A DNA stretch of 64,000 bases from an uncultured Candidatus Binatia bacterium. Its GTDB lineage: Bacteria; Desulfobacterota; Binatia; UBA9968; CAXXLF01. The notes beneath the pieces were generated by a model that was not told where the DNA came from, made no database searches, and saw only the letters and a program-made list of their open reading frames with translations. The position numbers were made by a program, and so were the translations under genes. Below, piece after piece: positions 31,863-42,835 of this stretch (the stretch's first letter is position 1; each line of letters opens with the position of its first letter). Location: positions 1,632,001 through 1,696,000 of the forward strand of contig OZ244621.1 in assembly GCA_965218425.1 (NCBI GenBank). The letters run 5' to 3'.

Positions 31863-33341
31863 ATGGATATCAAACTCAAGGACCAAAGTCCTGAGAGACT
31901 CAAAACGCCTCTCTTAGCCATCCCCGTCAAAGAACAAGGCCTGAAGGATCCGGTGATCCGAGTCCTGGACCGCCAGCTCAGGGGAAGACTATCTGAGCGA
32001 ATGGAAAGAAGCCGCTTTAACGGTGCTCTGGGAAATGTACTGCTTCAGGCCACTGACGGAAGGCTTCCGGCTTCTCATTTGCTCCTTCTGGGAATGGGCA
32101 AAGAACATGAAATGGAGAGCCACGCCTGGCGAAGATCCGCAGCACGTGCCTCAAAGGAGGCAGCCGGTCTCTGGGCGCAAGAAATCGATTTTTTTCTCCC
32201 TCCCTTTGGGGATGTAAGCAAAATCGCGGGGCCTATTGCTGAGGGTGCTTTGTTGTCTTCCTACCAGTTCCAAAAGTACCGATCCGATGACAGAAGACCG
32301 CTACCATTGCAAACCTTCAACCTGGTCAAACCTGGCTTGCGCAGAAGTTCAGAAACGGGCAGCGCCCTCCGATTGGCTCAACAACTCATTCCTGGTGTGT
32401 TCCTGGCCCGGGACTTGATCAATGAACCTCCATCCATATCCACTGCCACCTATCTGGCAGAACAGGCTTTGCGGCACTGTCGCAGCCAACGGGTGAAAGT
32501 GGAGGTCTGGGGCAAGAAAAAAATTGAAGCGATGAACCTGGCAGGCCTCCTGGCAGTCAACCGGGGTAGCCAGGAAGAGCCCAAATTTGTCACGATCCGC
32601 TACCAACCCCAGGGCAAATCCCAAAAGAAGGTGGCTCTGATTGGAAAGGGAATTACCTTTGACTCCGGTGGACTCTCTTTGAAACCTTCAAAGGCCATGG
32701 AGACCATGAAGCTCGATATGTCTGGCGCCGCCGCCATCATAGGAACCATGAGCGTCATTGCAAATCTCCAACCAAAGGCCGATGTCATTGGATACATCCC
32801 TACCACGGATAATCTTCCCAGTGCCACCGCCCAGAAACCGGGAGACATTATCCGCTACCTGAACAACAAAACGGTGGAGGTCCTCAATACCGATGCAGAG
32901 GGAAGGCTGATTCTAGCCGACGCCCTGGCACTGGCCGCCAAGGAAAAGCCTGACTGCATTGTCAACCTGGCGACCTTGACCGGCGCTTGTATGGTGGCGC
33001 TAGGAACCGAGGTGGCTGGTATTTTTGGTAACGATCAACCCCTGGTAGACCAATTGATTCGTTGCGGTCGAGAGACTGGGGAAAAGCTTTGGCAGCTCCC
33101 CCTGGTGAAAGAGTACCGGGAAGACATCAAAAGCAGCGTGGCGGATATCAAGAACATAGGCGGATCCCATGGAGGGGCCATAACCGCTGCACTGTTCTTA
33201 CAGGAATTCGTCGCCAACAGGCCCTGGGCCCATTTGGATATCGCGGGGCCTGCCTTCGCAGAGAAAGAAACTCCGCTTTCCACCAAGGGGGGCACGGGTT
33301 TCGGCGTTCTCACACTACTGAAGTTTCTTGACAATCTTTGA
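31863..33341 (+). CDS. pepA: Leucyl aminopeptidase (M17)
   Basis: GKGITFDSGG, NTDAEGRL, ATLTGAC, WAHLDIAG. Confidence 0.95.
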   Translation: MDIKLKDQSPERLKTPLLAIPVKEQGLKDPVIRVLDRQLRGRLSERMERSRFNGALGNVLLQATDGRLPASHLLLLGMGKEHEMESHAWRRSAARASKEAAGLWAQEIDFFLPPFGDVSKIAGPIAEGALLSSYQFQKYRSDDRRPLPLQTFNLVKPGLRRSSETGSALRLAQQLIPGVFLARDLINEPPSISTATYLAEQALRHCRSQRVKVEVWGKKKIEAMNLAGLLAVNRGSQEEPKFVTIRYQPQGKSQKKVALIGKGITFDSGGLSLKPSKAMETMKLDMSGAAAIIGTMSVIANLQPKADVIGYIPTTDNLPSATAQKPGDIIRYLNNKTVEVLNTDAEGRLILADALALAAKEKPDCIVNLATLTGACMVALGTEVAGIFGNDQPLVDQLIRCGRETGEKLWQLPLVKEYREDIKSSVADIKNIGGSHGGAITAALFLQEFVANRPWAHLDIAGPAFAEKETPLSTKGGTGFGVLTLLKFLDNL

Positions 33342-33400
33342 GCTCAGTACAGGGGACACAAGCACCCCTAAAATCCAAATTTGCAGGGGAGGAAGCAACA

Positions 33401-33733
33401 ATGGCAGATATTGTACAGGTGGAAGATGCCAATTTCGACGCCGACGTGGTGGGTTCTCAAGTGCCGGTGTTAGTGGATTTCTGGGCCCCCTGGTGTGGTC
33501 CCTGTCGTACCGTCGCACCCATTGTGGAATCACTGGCCAAGGAATATGAGGGAAAAATTAAAGTGGCCAAGATCAACGTGGATGATAATCCCCTGATCCC
33601 TTCTCGATACGGGGTGCGGGGTATCCCCAACCTGATGATCTTTAAGGACGGAACCGTAAAAGAGCAGATTGTAGGTGCAGCCTCTAAGAGTCGCCTGGTT
33701 CAGGCCATTGAGAACGTGCTGGCCAAAATATAA
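33401..33733 (+). CDS. trxA: Thioredoxin
   Basis: DFWAPWCGPC; GGAGG RBS before ATG 33401. Confidence 0.95.
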   Translation: MADIVQVEDANFDADVVGSQVPVLVDFWAPWCGPCRTVAPIVESLAKEYEGKIKVAKINVDDNPLIPSRYGVRGIPNLMIFKDGTVKEQIVGAASKSRLVQAIENVLAKI

Positions 33734-34826
33734 AACGTCTCATGCCGACGTTGATGATGATCCCCACAGCAACCATGGTAACCACCAGAGAGGACCCCCC
33801 ATAGCTCAAAAGGGGTAACGGAATCCCGGCCACTGGCAGAACACCGCTGACCATGGCCACGTTGATCATCGCCTGCCAAGCAATAATCACGATTGCGCCA
33901 AAGGCCAGGAGGGCCCCCAATCGATCCCTAGCACGAGTCACCACCCTGAAGGCTAAAAGAATCAGCGTCAGATAGAGACCCAGCAGCACAACGCATCCCA
34001 AAAAACCCCATTCCTCCGCAAACACCGAAAAGACAAAATCCGTATGCCGCGCAGGTAAAAAATCCAGCTGGTTTTGAGTCCCTCCAAGGTATCCTTTGCC
34101 AAACCACCTTCCCGAGCCAATGGCAATTTTTGACTGAATGATATGGTATCCGGCTCCTAACCGGTCGGTATCGGGACTGAGAAACATCAGCAGTCGCGCC
34201 TCCTGGTAGGGTTTTAGGAATAGCCAACCCAAGGGGAGGAGTGCGATTCCTCCAAGTGCTAAAAGTAAAAGCGAACGGATGCGAAGCCCTCCCATCACAA
34301 TGACCGTGAAAAAGATAAGAAAAAAGATAACCGCAGTGCCCAGGTCCGGCTGCATCAGGATAAGAAAAAAGAGCGGGGCTGCGAACACAAAGGGGATCAA
34401 AAGATCGCGCAGGCGGTATCCACCTACGGGCTCGTCCTCCTGTAGCGCCTTAGCCAGAACGACTACGATGGCCAGCTTGGCCAACTCAGAAGGTTGAAGC
34501 GCAAAGAATCCAAGGTTAAGCCAACGTTGGGAGCCCCCGCTTACTACGCCATAGAAGAAAACCACGAGTAGCAGTAGCAGCACGCCCCCATAAAACGGGT
34601 AGGCGTACCGATCGATGAGGTGGTAGTCAAAGGTGAAGGATGCCACCATCAGGGAAACACCAATGATCAGCCAATAGAGCTGCCTTACGGCCAAAGGGTT
34701 CACCCCGTTGCCGGCAAGATCCTGGGTGGCACTATGGATGGTGAGGACACCGATTAACGCCAGCCCCATGGTCAACCCGAAGATTGGCCAATCGAAATGG
34801 GAAGCGAGCCTTCGGTCGATTCTCAT
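33684..34826 (-). CDS. rodA: Rod shape-determining SEDS protein RodA
   Basis: QPSELAK, QPDLGT, HTDFVFSV, LSYGGSS; follows mrdA. Confidence 0.95.
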   Translation of the reverse strand: MRIDRRLASHFDWPIFGLTMGLALIGVLTIHSATQDLAGNGVNPLAVRQLYWLIIGVSLMVASFTFDYHLIDRYAYPFYGGVLLLLLVVFFYGVVSGGSQRWLNLGFFALQPSELAKLAIVVVLAKALQEDEPVGGYRLRDLLIPFVFAAPLFFLILMQPDLGTAVIFFLIFFTVIVMGGLRIRSLLLLALGGIALLPLGWLFLKPYQEARLLMFLSPDTDRLGAGYHIIQSKIAIGSGRWFGKGYLGGTQNQLDFLPARHTDFVFSVFAEEWGFLGCVVLLGLYLTLILLAFRVVTRARDRLGALLAFGAIVIIAWQAMINVAMVSGVLPVAGIPLPLLSYGGSSLVVTMVAVGIIINVGMRRFIFWPARSQWPEPGDS

Positions 34827-34836
34827 ATCCTTGTCC

Positions 34837-36699
34837 CTACCCTAGGCTATCATTCCAAACGGTCGGCTGAACCCGCTGTCTCTTCAGCGAAAAGTATTGC
34901 TCGATGAGTTTCTTAGCCACTGGCGCAGCCTCTACCCCCCCATAGCCCCCGTGCTGTATCAAAACCACCACGACGATTTCGGGCTGTCCCGCCGGCGCGT
35001 AGGCAACAAACCAAGCATGATCTCGGATGAGATAGGGTAGATCCTCGTTCTTGACTATTGCACTCGTCATCCCCGCAACCTGCGCAGTTCCTGTTTTTCC
35101 TGCAATTTTGACCAGATCCGAGTGGGAATTCTTCCCGGTTCCCTCCTGGGTGTTCACCACATCCTCCAGCGCCTTGTGAAGATGTTTCAAGGTGCTTGCT
35201 TTCAAGGGAACAGAGCCTATTTTTTCCGGCCCATACTCTTGTATGGGCTTCCCATCAAGGGATTCAACCTTGCTCACGAACCATGGCCGATAGAGGAATC
35301 CCCCATTGACCACAGCCGCCATGAGGGAGGCGATTTGGACGGGTGTGACACTCACATATCCTTGTCCTATGGCTACGGAAGGTGTCTCCCCGGGATACCA
35401 AGGCTGTCCGAACCGTCTAAACTTCCATTTTCGATCGGGGATCAATCCACCTTTCTCACCATCCAGGGCAATGCCGGTTTTTTCCCCAAGTCCCAGCTTG
35501 CGAGCGTACCGGGCAATTCTATCAATACCCAGTTGCTGACCCACCTGATAAAAATAGACATCACAGGACTCCACCAGGGCCTTGTGGAGGTTTACGACTC
35601 CGTGCCCCCCAGCTTTCCAATCCCGAAAGACTTTCCTGCCAACGGTCAAAAAGCCCGGGCAGAAGTGCGGGGTCCGGGGTGTAACCACCCCTTCTTCAAG
35701 CGCCGCAATGGTTAGAACAATTTTGAAAATGGAACCAGGAGGGTAGACGCCTTGGATGGCCTTGTTATGCAGAGGGCGCGCCCTGTCCTGCAGGAGGTTG
35801 TTCCACGCTTGCGTGCTTATCCCACGAGCAAAAGCGTTGGGATCAAAGGAAGGGGTGCTCACCAGCGCTAGGATCGCACCACTGTTTGCCTCCATAACCA
35901 CAATGGCCCCTTCTTTTCCCTTAAGAGACTGGTAAGAACTCTTCTGCAGGTCTCCATCCACGGTCAAGAACACGTTGTTGCCTGGAACATCTTTCTCTTG
36001 ATCAAGGATTTTGACTCGGCGACCCAGGGCATCCACTTCTACCTGCTGTTTTCCACTCCTACCTCGCAGGTACCGCTCCCATTTCTTTTCAAGGCCGAAT
36101 TGCCCAATCTTATCCCCCATACTGTAACCCTCTTGCCGCAGGGTCTTGAGCTGTGCGGGACCGATCTCACCTAGATATCCAACGAGGTGCGCATTCATGC
36201 CGTTATGCAGATAGCTCCGCTTGGGACGAACCCGCAGTGTCACTCCCGGGAGGTCCCGCTCATGGGTTTCCAGCGCCACCACGGTGCGCCAGTTTACGTC
36301 CCTATCCAACACCACCTCTCCAAAAGGAAGGCGGTCTTTTTTCTTGTCCAGCGCCTTGAGAAATTGCCCATCATCCATACCAAGCAGACGGGCCAAGTGG
36401 CGCAACGTGAATTTTGGATCTTGGGAGTCCTCGGGCACAAAGAGAAGATCAAAGGAAGGCCGGCTATCCACCAGCAGTCTACCCTTGCGATCAAACACCA
36501 TACCCCGTATGCCTGGTATGGTCTTGATCCGGATACGGTTGCTCTTTGAAAGATAGGTGAAGCGCTCCCCCTGCAAAACCTGCAGCACCCAAAGCCTTCC
36601 AGTAAGCAGAAAAAAGACCACCGACACGGCGATCATCACCAGCCGAGTGCGACGGCAAAACTGTAGAGCAAGTTCTGTTCTCGACGGGTGAGGAATCAT
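34837..36699 (-). CDS. mrdA: Penicillin-binding protein 2
   Basis: PGSIFK, SCD, KTGT motifs; in mre operon. Confidence 0.95.
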   Translation of the reverse strand: MIPHPSRTELALQFCRRTRLVMIAVSVVFFLLTGRLWVLQVLQGERFTYLSKSNRIRIKTIPGIRGMVFDRKGRLLVDSRPSFDLLFVPEDSQDPKFTLRHLARLLGMDDGQFLKALDKKKDRLPFGEVVLDRDVNWRTVVALETHERDLPGVTLRVRPKRSYLHNGMNAHLVGYLGEIGPAQLKTLRQEGYSMGDKIGQFGLEKKWERYLRGRSGKQQVEVDALGRRVKILDQEKDVPGNNVFLTVDGDLQKSSYQSLKGKEGAIVVMEANSGAILALVSTPSFDPNAFARGISTQAWNNLLQDRARPLHNKAIQGVYPPGSIFKIVLTIAALEEGVVTPRTPHFCPGFLTVGRKVFRDWKAGGHGVVNLHKALVESCDVYFYQVGQQLGIDRIARYARKLGLGEKTGIALDGEKGGLIPDRKWKFRRFGQPWYPGETPSVAIGQGYVSVTPVQIASLMAAVVNGGFLYRPWFVSKVESLDGKPIQEYGPEKIGSVPLKASTLKHLHKALEDVVNTQEGTGKNSHSDLVKIAGKTGTAQVAGMTSAIVKNEDLPYLIRDHAWFVAYAPAGQPEIVVVVLIQHGGYGGVEAAPVAKKLIEQYFSLKRQRVQPTVWNDSLG

Positions 36700-36706
36700 G
36701 GTAAGG

Positions 36707-37210
36707 CTAGGGCACGCTACGGACCTTTTGTACCTGGCTCTCTCCCCATCTTAGGAGATAAAAAAACGCCGGCGCCAGTAACGCCACCGTTAAGGCCTCG
36801 ATAAAAACGTACCGGAGCACTCCCGTCCAAGGTGCTTTGCTTGCAAAAAATATCGCCCAGATCAGGGACATGGCAATAACCTTCACCCAAGCGGCGACGA
36901 AGACTATGGCCGCGCTCAAAAGCGGGCTGCGAGCCCAAATCTGGCGGGAGATGAGATAGGTGACGAGAAACACCAGGGACATGGCAAAGGCATGAATGCC
37001 TAAAATGGGGCTTGAAAAGACGTCCACGGTATAACCCATGAGGAAGGATCCCAAAACGGTGCCCACGGTGGGTCGATTGAAGGCCCAATACACACAAAGG
37101 ACTAACGTCAAATCGGGGGCCACGGGGCCCAGTGGTAGCATATGGAGAAGCGAGGTCTGTAACAGGACAAGGAGAAATCCAACAGAAAAATACAGTAGGA
37201 ACAGTTTCAT
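36707..37210 (-). CDS. mreD: Rod shape-determining protein MreD
   Basis: Hydrophobic, PDL motif; lies between mreC and mrdA. Confidence 0.85.
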   Translation of the reverse strand: MKLFLLYFSVGFLLVLLQTSLLHMLPLGPVAPDLTLVLCVYWAFNRPTVGTVLGSFLMGYTVDVFSSPILGIHAFAMSLVFLVTYLISRQIWARSPLLSAAIVFVAAWVKVIAMSLIWAIFFASKAPWTGVLRYVFIEALTVALLAPAFFYLLRWGESQVQKVRSVP

Positions 37211-37247
37211 TGAGGGATTCAGGAGAAAGCTAGTGGGTAGAATCCCG

Positions 37248-38081
37248 TTATTTCTTCTGATGAGCCTGTCTGATGGATACAACCAGCACCTCTTCGATTC
37301 GTCCTGGGTCCACCGCCAATCGGACGCTCACATTCTGAAAAAGGCCGTAACCGTTCTCTTGCACCTTGCCTACCGTTCCCACCAGTTGTCCCTTAGGAAA
37401 GATGTTGTCTAAACCCGAAGTGACCAATCTGTCCCCTTCGAGGATGTTCTCGTTTCGAGTCACATACTCTATCACAGGGCCTTTATCGAGGGACCCGGAA
37501 ACAATGCCTCGGGCCCGGGTGCGCTGGGCGATTACATCTACTCCACTGTTATGGTCGGTCACCAGCAAAACCTTTGAACTGTTGGGCGCCACCGACCAGA
37601 TCTGACCGACAATTCCGCCGGGAGAGATGACAGCCATCCCTTTTCGGACACCCTGCTTCGTCCCTTTATCAATGGTCAGGCTTTTGAACCACTTGCTGGC
37701 ACTCGTCCCGATGATGGTGGCACTCACTAACCGCTGAAAAGCTTTTTTCTTGAGATCCAGCAGTTTTCGCAAACGAAGGTTTGTAGCTTCAGCCTCTCGG
37801 AAATTATTGACTTGAGCCTCCAGCTCCAAAACCTGCTCCTTAAGGTCCTGGTTCTCCAACCATAGGTCATTGACAGCGATGTACCTATCCTTGATGTTAC
37901 CTATTGCAGTTAACATGCTAGTGAGCCCACGCTGAAACGGGCGCATGGCTTCCAATAGAAAAGGGCCCACCGGGTCCCCTCGCAGACTCCCCGAAGAGGA
38001 GGAACCGAGGATGTAGATTGCAAATGACAGACAGAAAAAGGAGCTTAGTAAGACCTTATATCGCCGAAAAAATTCAATCAC
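37248..38081 (-). CDS. mreC: Rod shape-determining protein MreC
   Basis: TM + coiled coil (EN..L), IDKG..G, VTSGLDNIFPKG. Confidence 0.92.
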   Translation of the reverse strand: MIEFFRRYKVLLSSFFCLSFAIYILGSSSSGSLRGDPVGPFLLEAMRPFQRGLTSMLTAIGNIKDRYIAVNDLWLENQDLKEQVLELEAQVNNFREAEATNLRLRKLLDLKKKAFQRLVSATIIGTSASKWFKSLTIDKGTKQGVRKGMAVISPGGIVGQIWSVAPNSSKVLLVTDHNSGVDVIAQRTRARGIVSGSLDKGPVIEYVTRNENILEGDRLVTSGLDNIFPKGQLVGTVGKVQENGYGLFQNVSVRLAVDPGRIEEVLVVSIRQAHQKK

Positions 38082-38127
38082 GAATGGCTATCAATCTCCT
38101 TGAGGCGGGACCGTAGCCCCTATTTTG

Positions 38128-39210
<1,083 letters not shown>

Positions 39211-39473
39211 TTACCAAATTTTACTAGGTTGTTCAAGCTCTTGCGCTAAAGCGCCTAAGGAGACCTTGCCGTCATTAATTGGGTCGTAAAAGGCTTCAAG
39301 GCTCCCCGGTGCTTGTGGTCAGACCGTGGAGAACCCTCAGATTTTGTATCCTTTTTTGGTTATCTGGGGGATCGCTCCATGACTTACCGCACCACCCATG
39401 AAAAGAAGTTCGCATCCTCTCGTGCCGGGACGGGAGAATCGGGGTGAAAGACACATTGCGCGGTTTTCGGTTC

Positions 39474-41204
39474 TTACATTGTGGCCCTGGCCAGTCCAAC
39501 TCGAAACCCGATCAAACGAGCCACAATAGCCACCCCTACGGTCATGAGCACTACGATGACCCCAACCACAGAACTCGGCTCAGCGTGACCCGCAAGGACG
39601 TATTCCAATTGGAGCAGGGCCAAGGGTTTGCTGGAATAACTTGCCAGGAGTGCCGGCATAATGGCACTGGCTGCGGAGGTTACGAAATGAAAAACCCAAA
39701 GCACCAGCATCGTGGGCATCATAAGCGGAAGGACCACCTTTCGTAGCGTGGTCCACCAACCGCCACCGGATGTGTAGGAGGCCTCTTCTAGTTCATTCCC
39801 CAGTTGCATCATGTTGGCCTTGATAATCTGCACACCTAGGGTTAGGCCGCTCAAGCTCGAAACCAGGATAAGGGCCCAGATGGTGCCAAACAGAGGTCGT
39901 AGGAACGGAGTCTGAAGGATGATCCAAAACCAGGCGAGAACCAGGATGATGCCCGGTAGCGCATGGGGTATCCAGGTAAGGGTATCTGCGATTTGCCTGA
40001 AGCGAAAGCGAACCCGCACTAAAATGTAACCAATTAGGGCGAAGAACACCGCTGAGATGGTCGAGCCGCCCACGGCCAAATACAAGGTGTTCGCCACCGC
40101 TCTGCGGAAGGATGGGTCGTTTAATATTTCTCTCCAGTGCTCGGTGGTCCAGGGACCCTCCGGTACATCAAAGAAGCCATACAGTTTCATAAAGGTCCCC
40201 ATGACAAGAAAGATGAATGGGACTACGGTAATCAAAAGGCCGAATCCGAGCACGATGCTCAATGCCGGCCACTTCCATCCCCGCAAATCTATGACCTGGG
40301 GCTTAAAGCGGCTGGTTACCACGGTGAAGTCACGGCGCGCCGTCATGCGCCGATGAAAATAGATAAAGGGCACCATGGCCAGCACAATGTACAGGCTCAT
40401 GGCGGTGGCCGCACCGTACATGGGGGGCTCAATGCGGGTTAAATCATAGATCTTGGAACCAAACACAAAGAAGTTGATGGGAAGGCCCAGGACCAATTCG
40501 ATTTCCACTGACTGGAATGCACGAACAAAGGCAAGAACAAAAATGGTAACGATCGTAGGCGTCAAGACCGGCACCGTAACCCTTACTAGGGTTCCCAGTG
40601 AGCTTGCTCCGGCCACCATGGAGGCCTCCTCCATTGAAGCGTCCATATTGCGAAAGGCCGGAGTGAGCAGCATGACCTTGATGGCCACTGTGTTTGTAAC
40701 CAGGTGAAGCCAGACAATACCCCAGAATGAATAGATGTTGAACGGCCCATTCTCGACAAACGGAAGCTTCATTAGGGCTTTATTCACTAGCCCATAGCCC
40801 GGGTCCAAAAGCAGAATCCAGGCCTGAGCGGCGGGAATGCTTGGAAAGAAAAAGGCGATCCAGAATAAAAACTCAATAACCCGTCCACCTGGCATATTGG
40901 TGCGTGCGATCAGCCAGCCGAAAAATATGGCAATCGGAAGCGCCACACCTTGACGGGCCACGGCAACCAGAAGGGTGTTCCACATTGACCTAAGCATGCT
41001 CGGGTCGGTGACGGCGAAACGCCACGCGCTGAGTCCATACTCGGTGGCCTCGTGGGGTTTACTGATGATGAAACTGTTGATCAGGAGGAGGGCTATGGGA
41101 TAGAGGACCACCAGGGCAAGCAACAGTACCGTGAAGGTGGCGACTATAGTCTTTACTTCGACGGAGACTCTTCTGGAACGGAGAGTTCTTGCGGTGACCT
41201 CCAT
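39474..41204 (-). CDS. Fe3+/thiamine-type ABC transporter permease (FbpB-like, two TM domains)
   Basis: Two EAA motifs (MEEASMVAGA, LEEASYTSGG). Confidence 0.88.
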   Translation of the reverse strand: MEVTARTLRSRRVSVEVKTIVATFTVLLLALVVLYPIALLLINSFIISKPHEATEYGLSAWRFAVTDPSMLRSMWNTLLVAVARQGVALPIAIFFGWLIARTNMPGGRVIEFLFWIAFFFPSIPAAQAWILLLDPGYGLVNKALMKLPFVENGPFNIYSFWGIVWLHLVTNTVAIKVMLLTPAFRNMDASMEEASMVAGASSLGTLVRVTVPVLTPTIVTIFVLAFVRAFQSVEIELVLGLPINFFVFGSKIYDLTRIEPPMYGAATAMSLYIVLAMVPFIYFHRRMTARRDFTVVTSRFKPQVIDLRGWKWPALSIVLGFGLLITVVPFIFLVMGTFMKLYGFFDVPEGPWTTEHWREILNDPSFRRAVANTLYLAVGGSTISAVFFALIGYILVRVRFRFRQIADTLTWIPHALPGIILVLAWFWIILQTPFLRPLFGTIWALILVSSLSGLTLGVQIIKANMMQLGNELEEASYTSGGGWWTTLRKVVLPLMMPTMLVLWVFHFVTSAASAIMPALLASYSSKPLALLQLEYVLAGHAEPSSVVGVIVVLMTVGVAIVARLIGFRVGLARATM

Positions 41205-41274
41205 ACCCAATACAGCCCCGCTAACCTTATTTCGTCTCCAGGCCTAAGCGCATTACCCTCACCAGGCCGGGCAT

Positions 41275-42498
41275 CTAACGGCCAAACACCTCTGTCCCTA
41301 TACGGTGGGAGGTATAACGATGCTGCACATTGCTGGTGGTGTGCAAAGATATGTAAGTCCCATTTTCCTTTAATGGGAGGAATTGGGTGGGGTCCTTTTT
41401 ATTCAAATAGTCCGGGCACCACGAACTGTGGAGATCCGCCCGTCGGCTGCACTGGGTTTCATCATCCTTCATCCAGGCCATTTGACCCTCCTTGCTGAGG
41501 AGCCAATTGACGAAGACTTTAGCGGCGTTGGGATGGGGCGCCCTGCTTGCCATGGAAAGCATATTGTGGGCACTCCCACCGGCAAAGAAACCATCGAGGT
41601 TTTTCTCTCTCTTTCCCTCGCCGCAGCAGGTAAACACCACTACATCTTTAAACTCGGGAGCTATGGTGGGAGAAAAGGCGTAGAACCTCTTAATATGGAG
41701 ACCCACGCCCCGTTTGTGAAAACTGGTAATTCGTCCTCCAACGGCGATCAGGCAGCGGCCGCGGACAGTATCCTCTGTTAGCTTTCGGTAATTCCTGATG
41801 ATAACCATGTTGGTTTCTTTGAAAAGACGCCGGAGATACTCTTTCCCGTACATCACGGCGATCATTCCGAACTGTGCATCGGCTGCACCCTCCACTCGGG
41901 GATCAAAGGTGCATATTTTCCCCTTGAACTCGGACCTAAACAGGTCCTCCGTCTTATTCAACTTGGATTCAGGGACCTTCTTGCGGTTGACCCAAAAAGA
42001 AGCCCCCTGGCCAAGGCCGGCCTTGTGGTGGATCTTAAACTTCTTGCGGTGATTATCCACCCAGATGTCCCCGAAGTCCCCCACCCACGTCTCATCTTTC
42101 TTAAACTCCGGGTTGATTAACGCTTCATTCAGGTCGGCAAATATCCCCGCGGGGACGAAGTCGGTGACTCCGGCGCTACCTCCCATCACAATAATATCCC
42201 ATTGGTAAACCCCCGCGCGGCGCTCCGTGGGTATCCTAACCTGCAGATCCGAAGCGCGCATTTCGAGGAACTCCACCTGGATATCGGGAAACGCTTTGCG
42301 GAACTTTCCGATGTAATCACGACTGCTGGAGCCGCTCACGAAAGCCAGCTTCCCTTCCTTCTTGGCCGCGGCTAGGGTTTTTTTCCATTCAGCCTTCCAG
42401 CCCGATCCCGCTTCCTGTCCTAACAAATTGGGTACACGGGAAAAAATGACTGCAACTGCAAAGAAAAGGATAAACCCAACTGTCCGGTGTGTTTTCAT
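41275..42498 (-). CDS. ABC transporter substrate-binding protein (Fe/thiamine class)
   Basis: Signal peptide, AAAKKEGKL, APHPNAAKVFVNWLLSKEGQ. Confidence 0.85.
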   Translation of the reverse strand: MKTHRTVGFILFFAVAVIFSRVPNLLGQEAGSGWKAEWKKTLAAAKKEGKLAFVSGSSSRDYIGKFRKAFPDIQVEFLEMRASDLQVRIPTERRAGVYQWDIIVMGGSAGVTDFVPAGIFADLNEALINPEFKKDETWVGDFGDIWVDNHRKKFKIHHKAGLGQGASFWVNRKKVPESKLNKTEDLFRSEFKGKICTFDPRVEGAADAQFGMIAVMYGKEYLRRLFKETNMVIIRNYRKLTEDTVRGRCLIAVGGRITSFHKRGVGLHIKRFYAFSPTIAPEFKDVVVFTCCGEGKREKNLDGFFAGGSAHNMLSMASRAPHPNAAKVFVNWLLSKEGQMAWMKDDETQCSRRADLHSSWCPDYLNKKDPTQFLPLKENGTYISLHTTSNVQHRYTSHRIGTEVFGR

Positions 42499-42563
42499 TT
42501 TTGACTCCCTCCTATTCGGATCCTTTGCCACCTGGCGCGTGTGAGGTTACCCCTTGCACAATT

Positions 42564-42707
42564 AAGCCTCCACGGGCTTACGCCCGTGGTATCCTTCATT
42601 ATCTCCGGCGGAATCCGCTGAAGCGCTTACCTTCGCCAAGGCTACGGCAGATCCGTCATGCGCTTTCATCCACGGCCTTACGGCCGTGGTCTTTTGCGAA
42701 GGCGGAT
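42564..42707. repeat. Palindromic dispersed repeat, copy 2 (IS200/IS605-end-like MITE)
   Basis: Shares the first 36 nt and terminal TGCGAAGGCGGAT with 19732-19813; second hairpin CCACGGCC-TTAC-GGCCGTGG. Confidence 0.75.
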
Positions 42708-42835
42708 CACACTGCCCGGGAGGGCTCTAATACCACACCCCGCCCGCCTGTCAAGGGCGGAAAATTTCCGGTAGTGTCTCAGTTTGAATTATTGATAGTG
42801 GAGCAGGTCGAATCGTGAAGGCCTGAACCCCGCCG

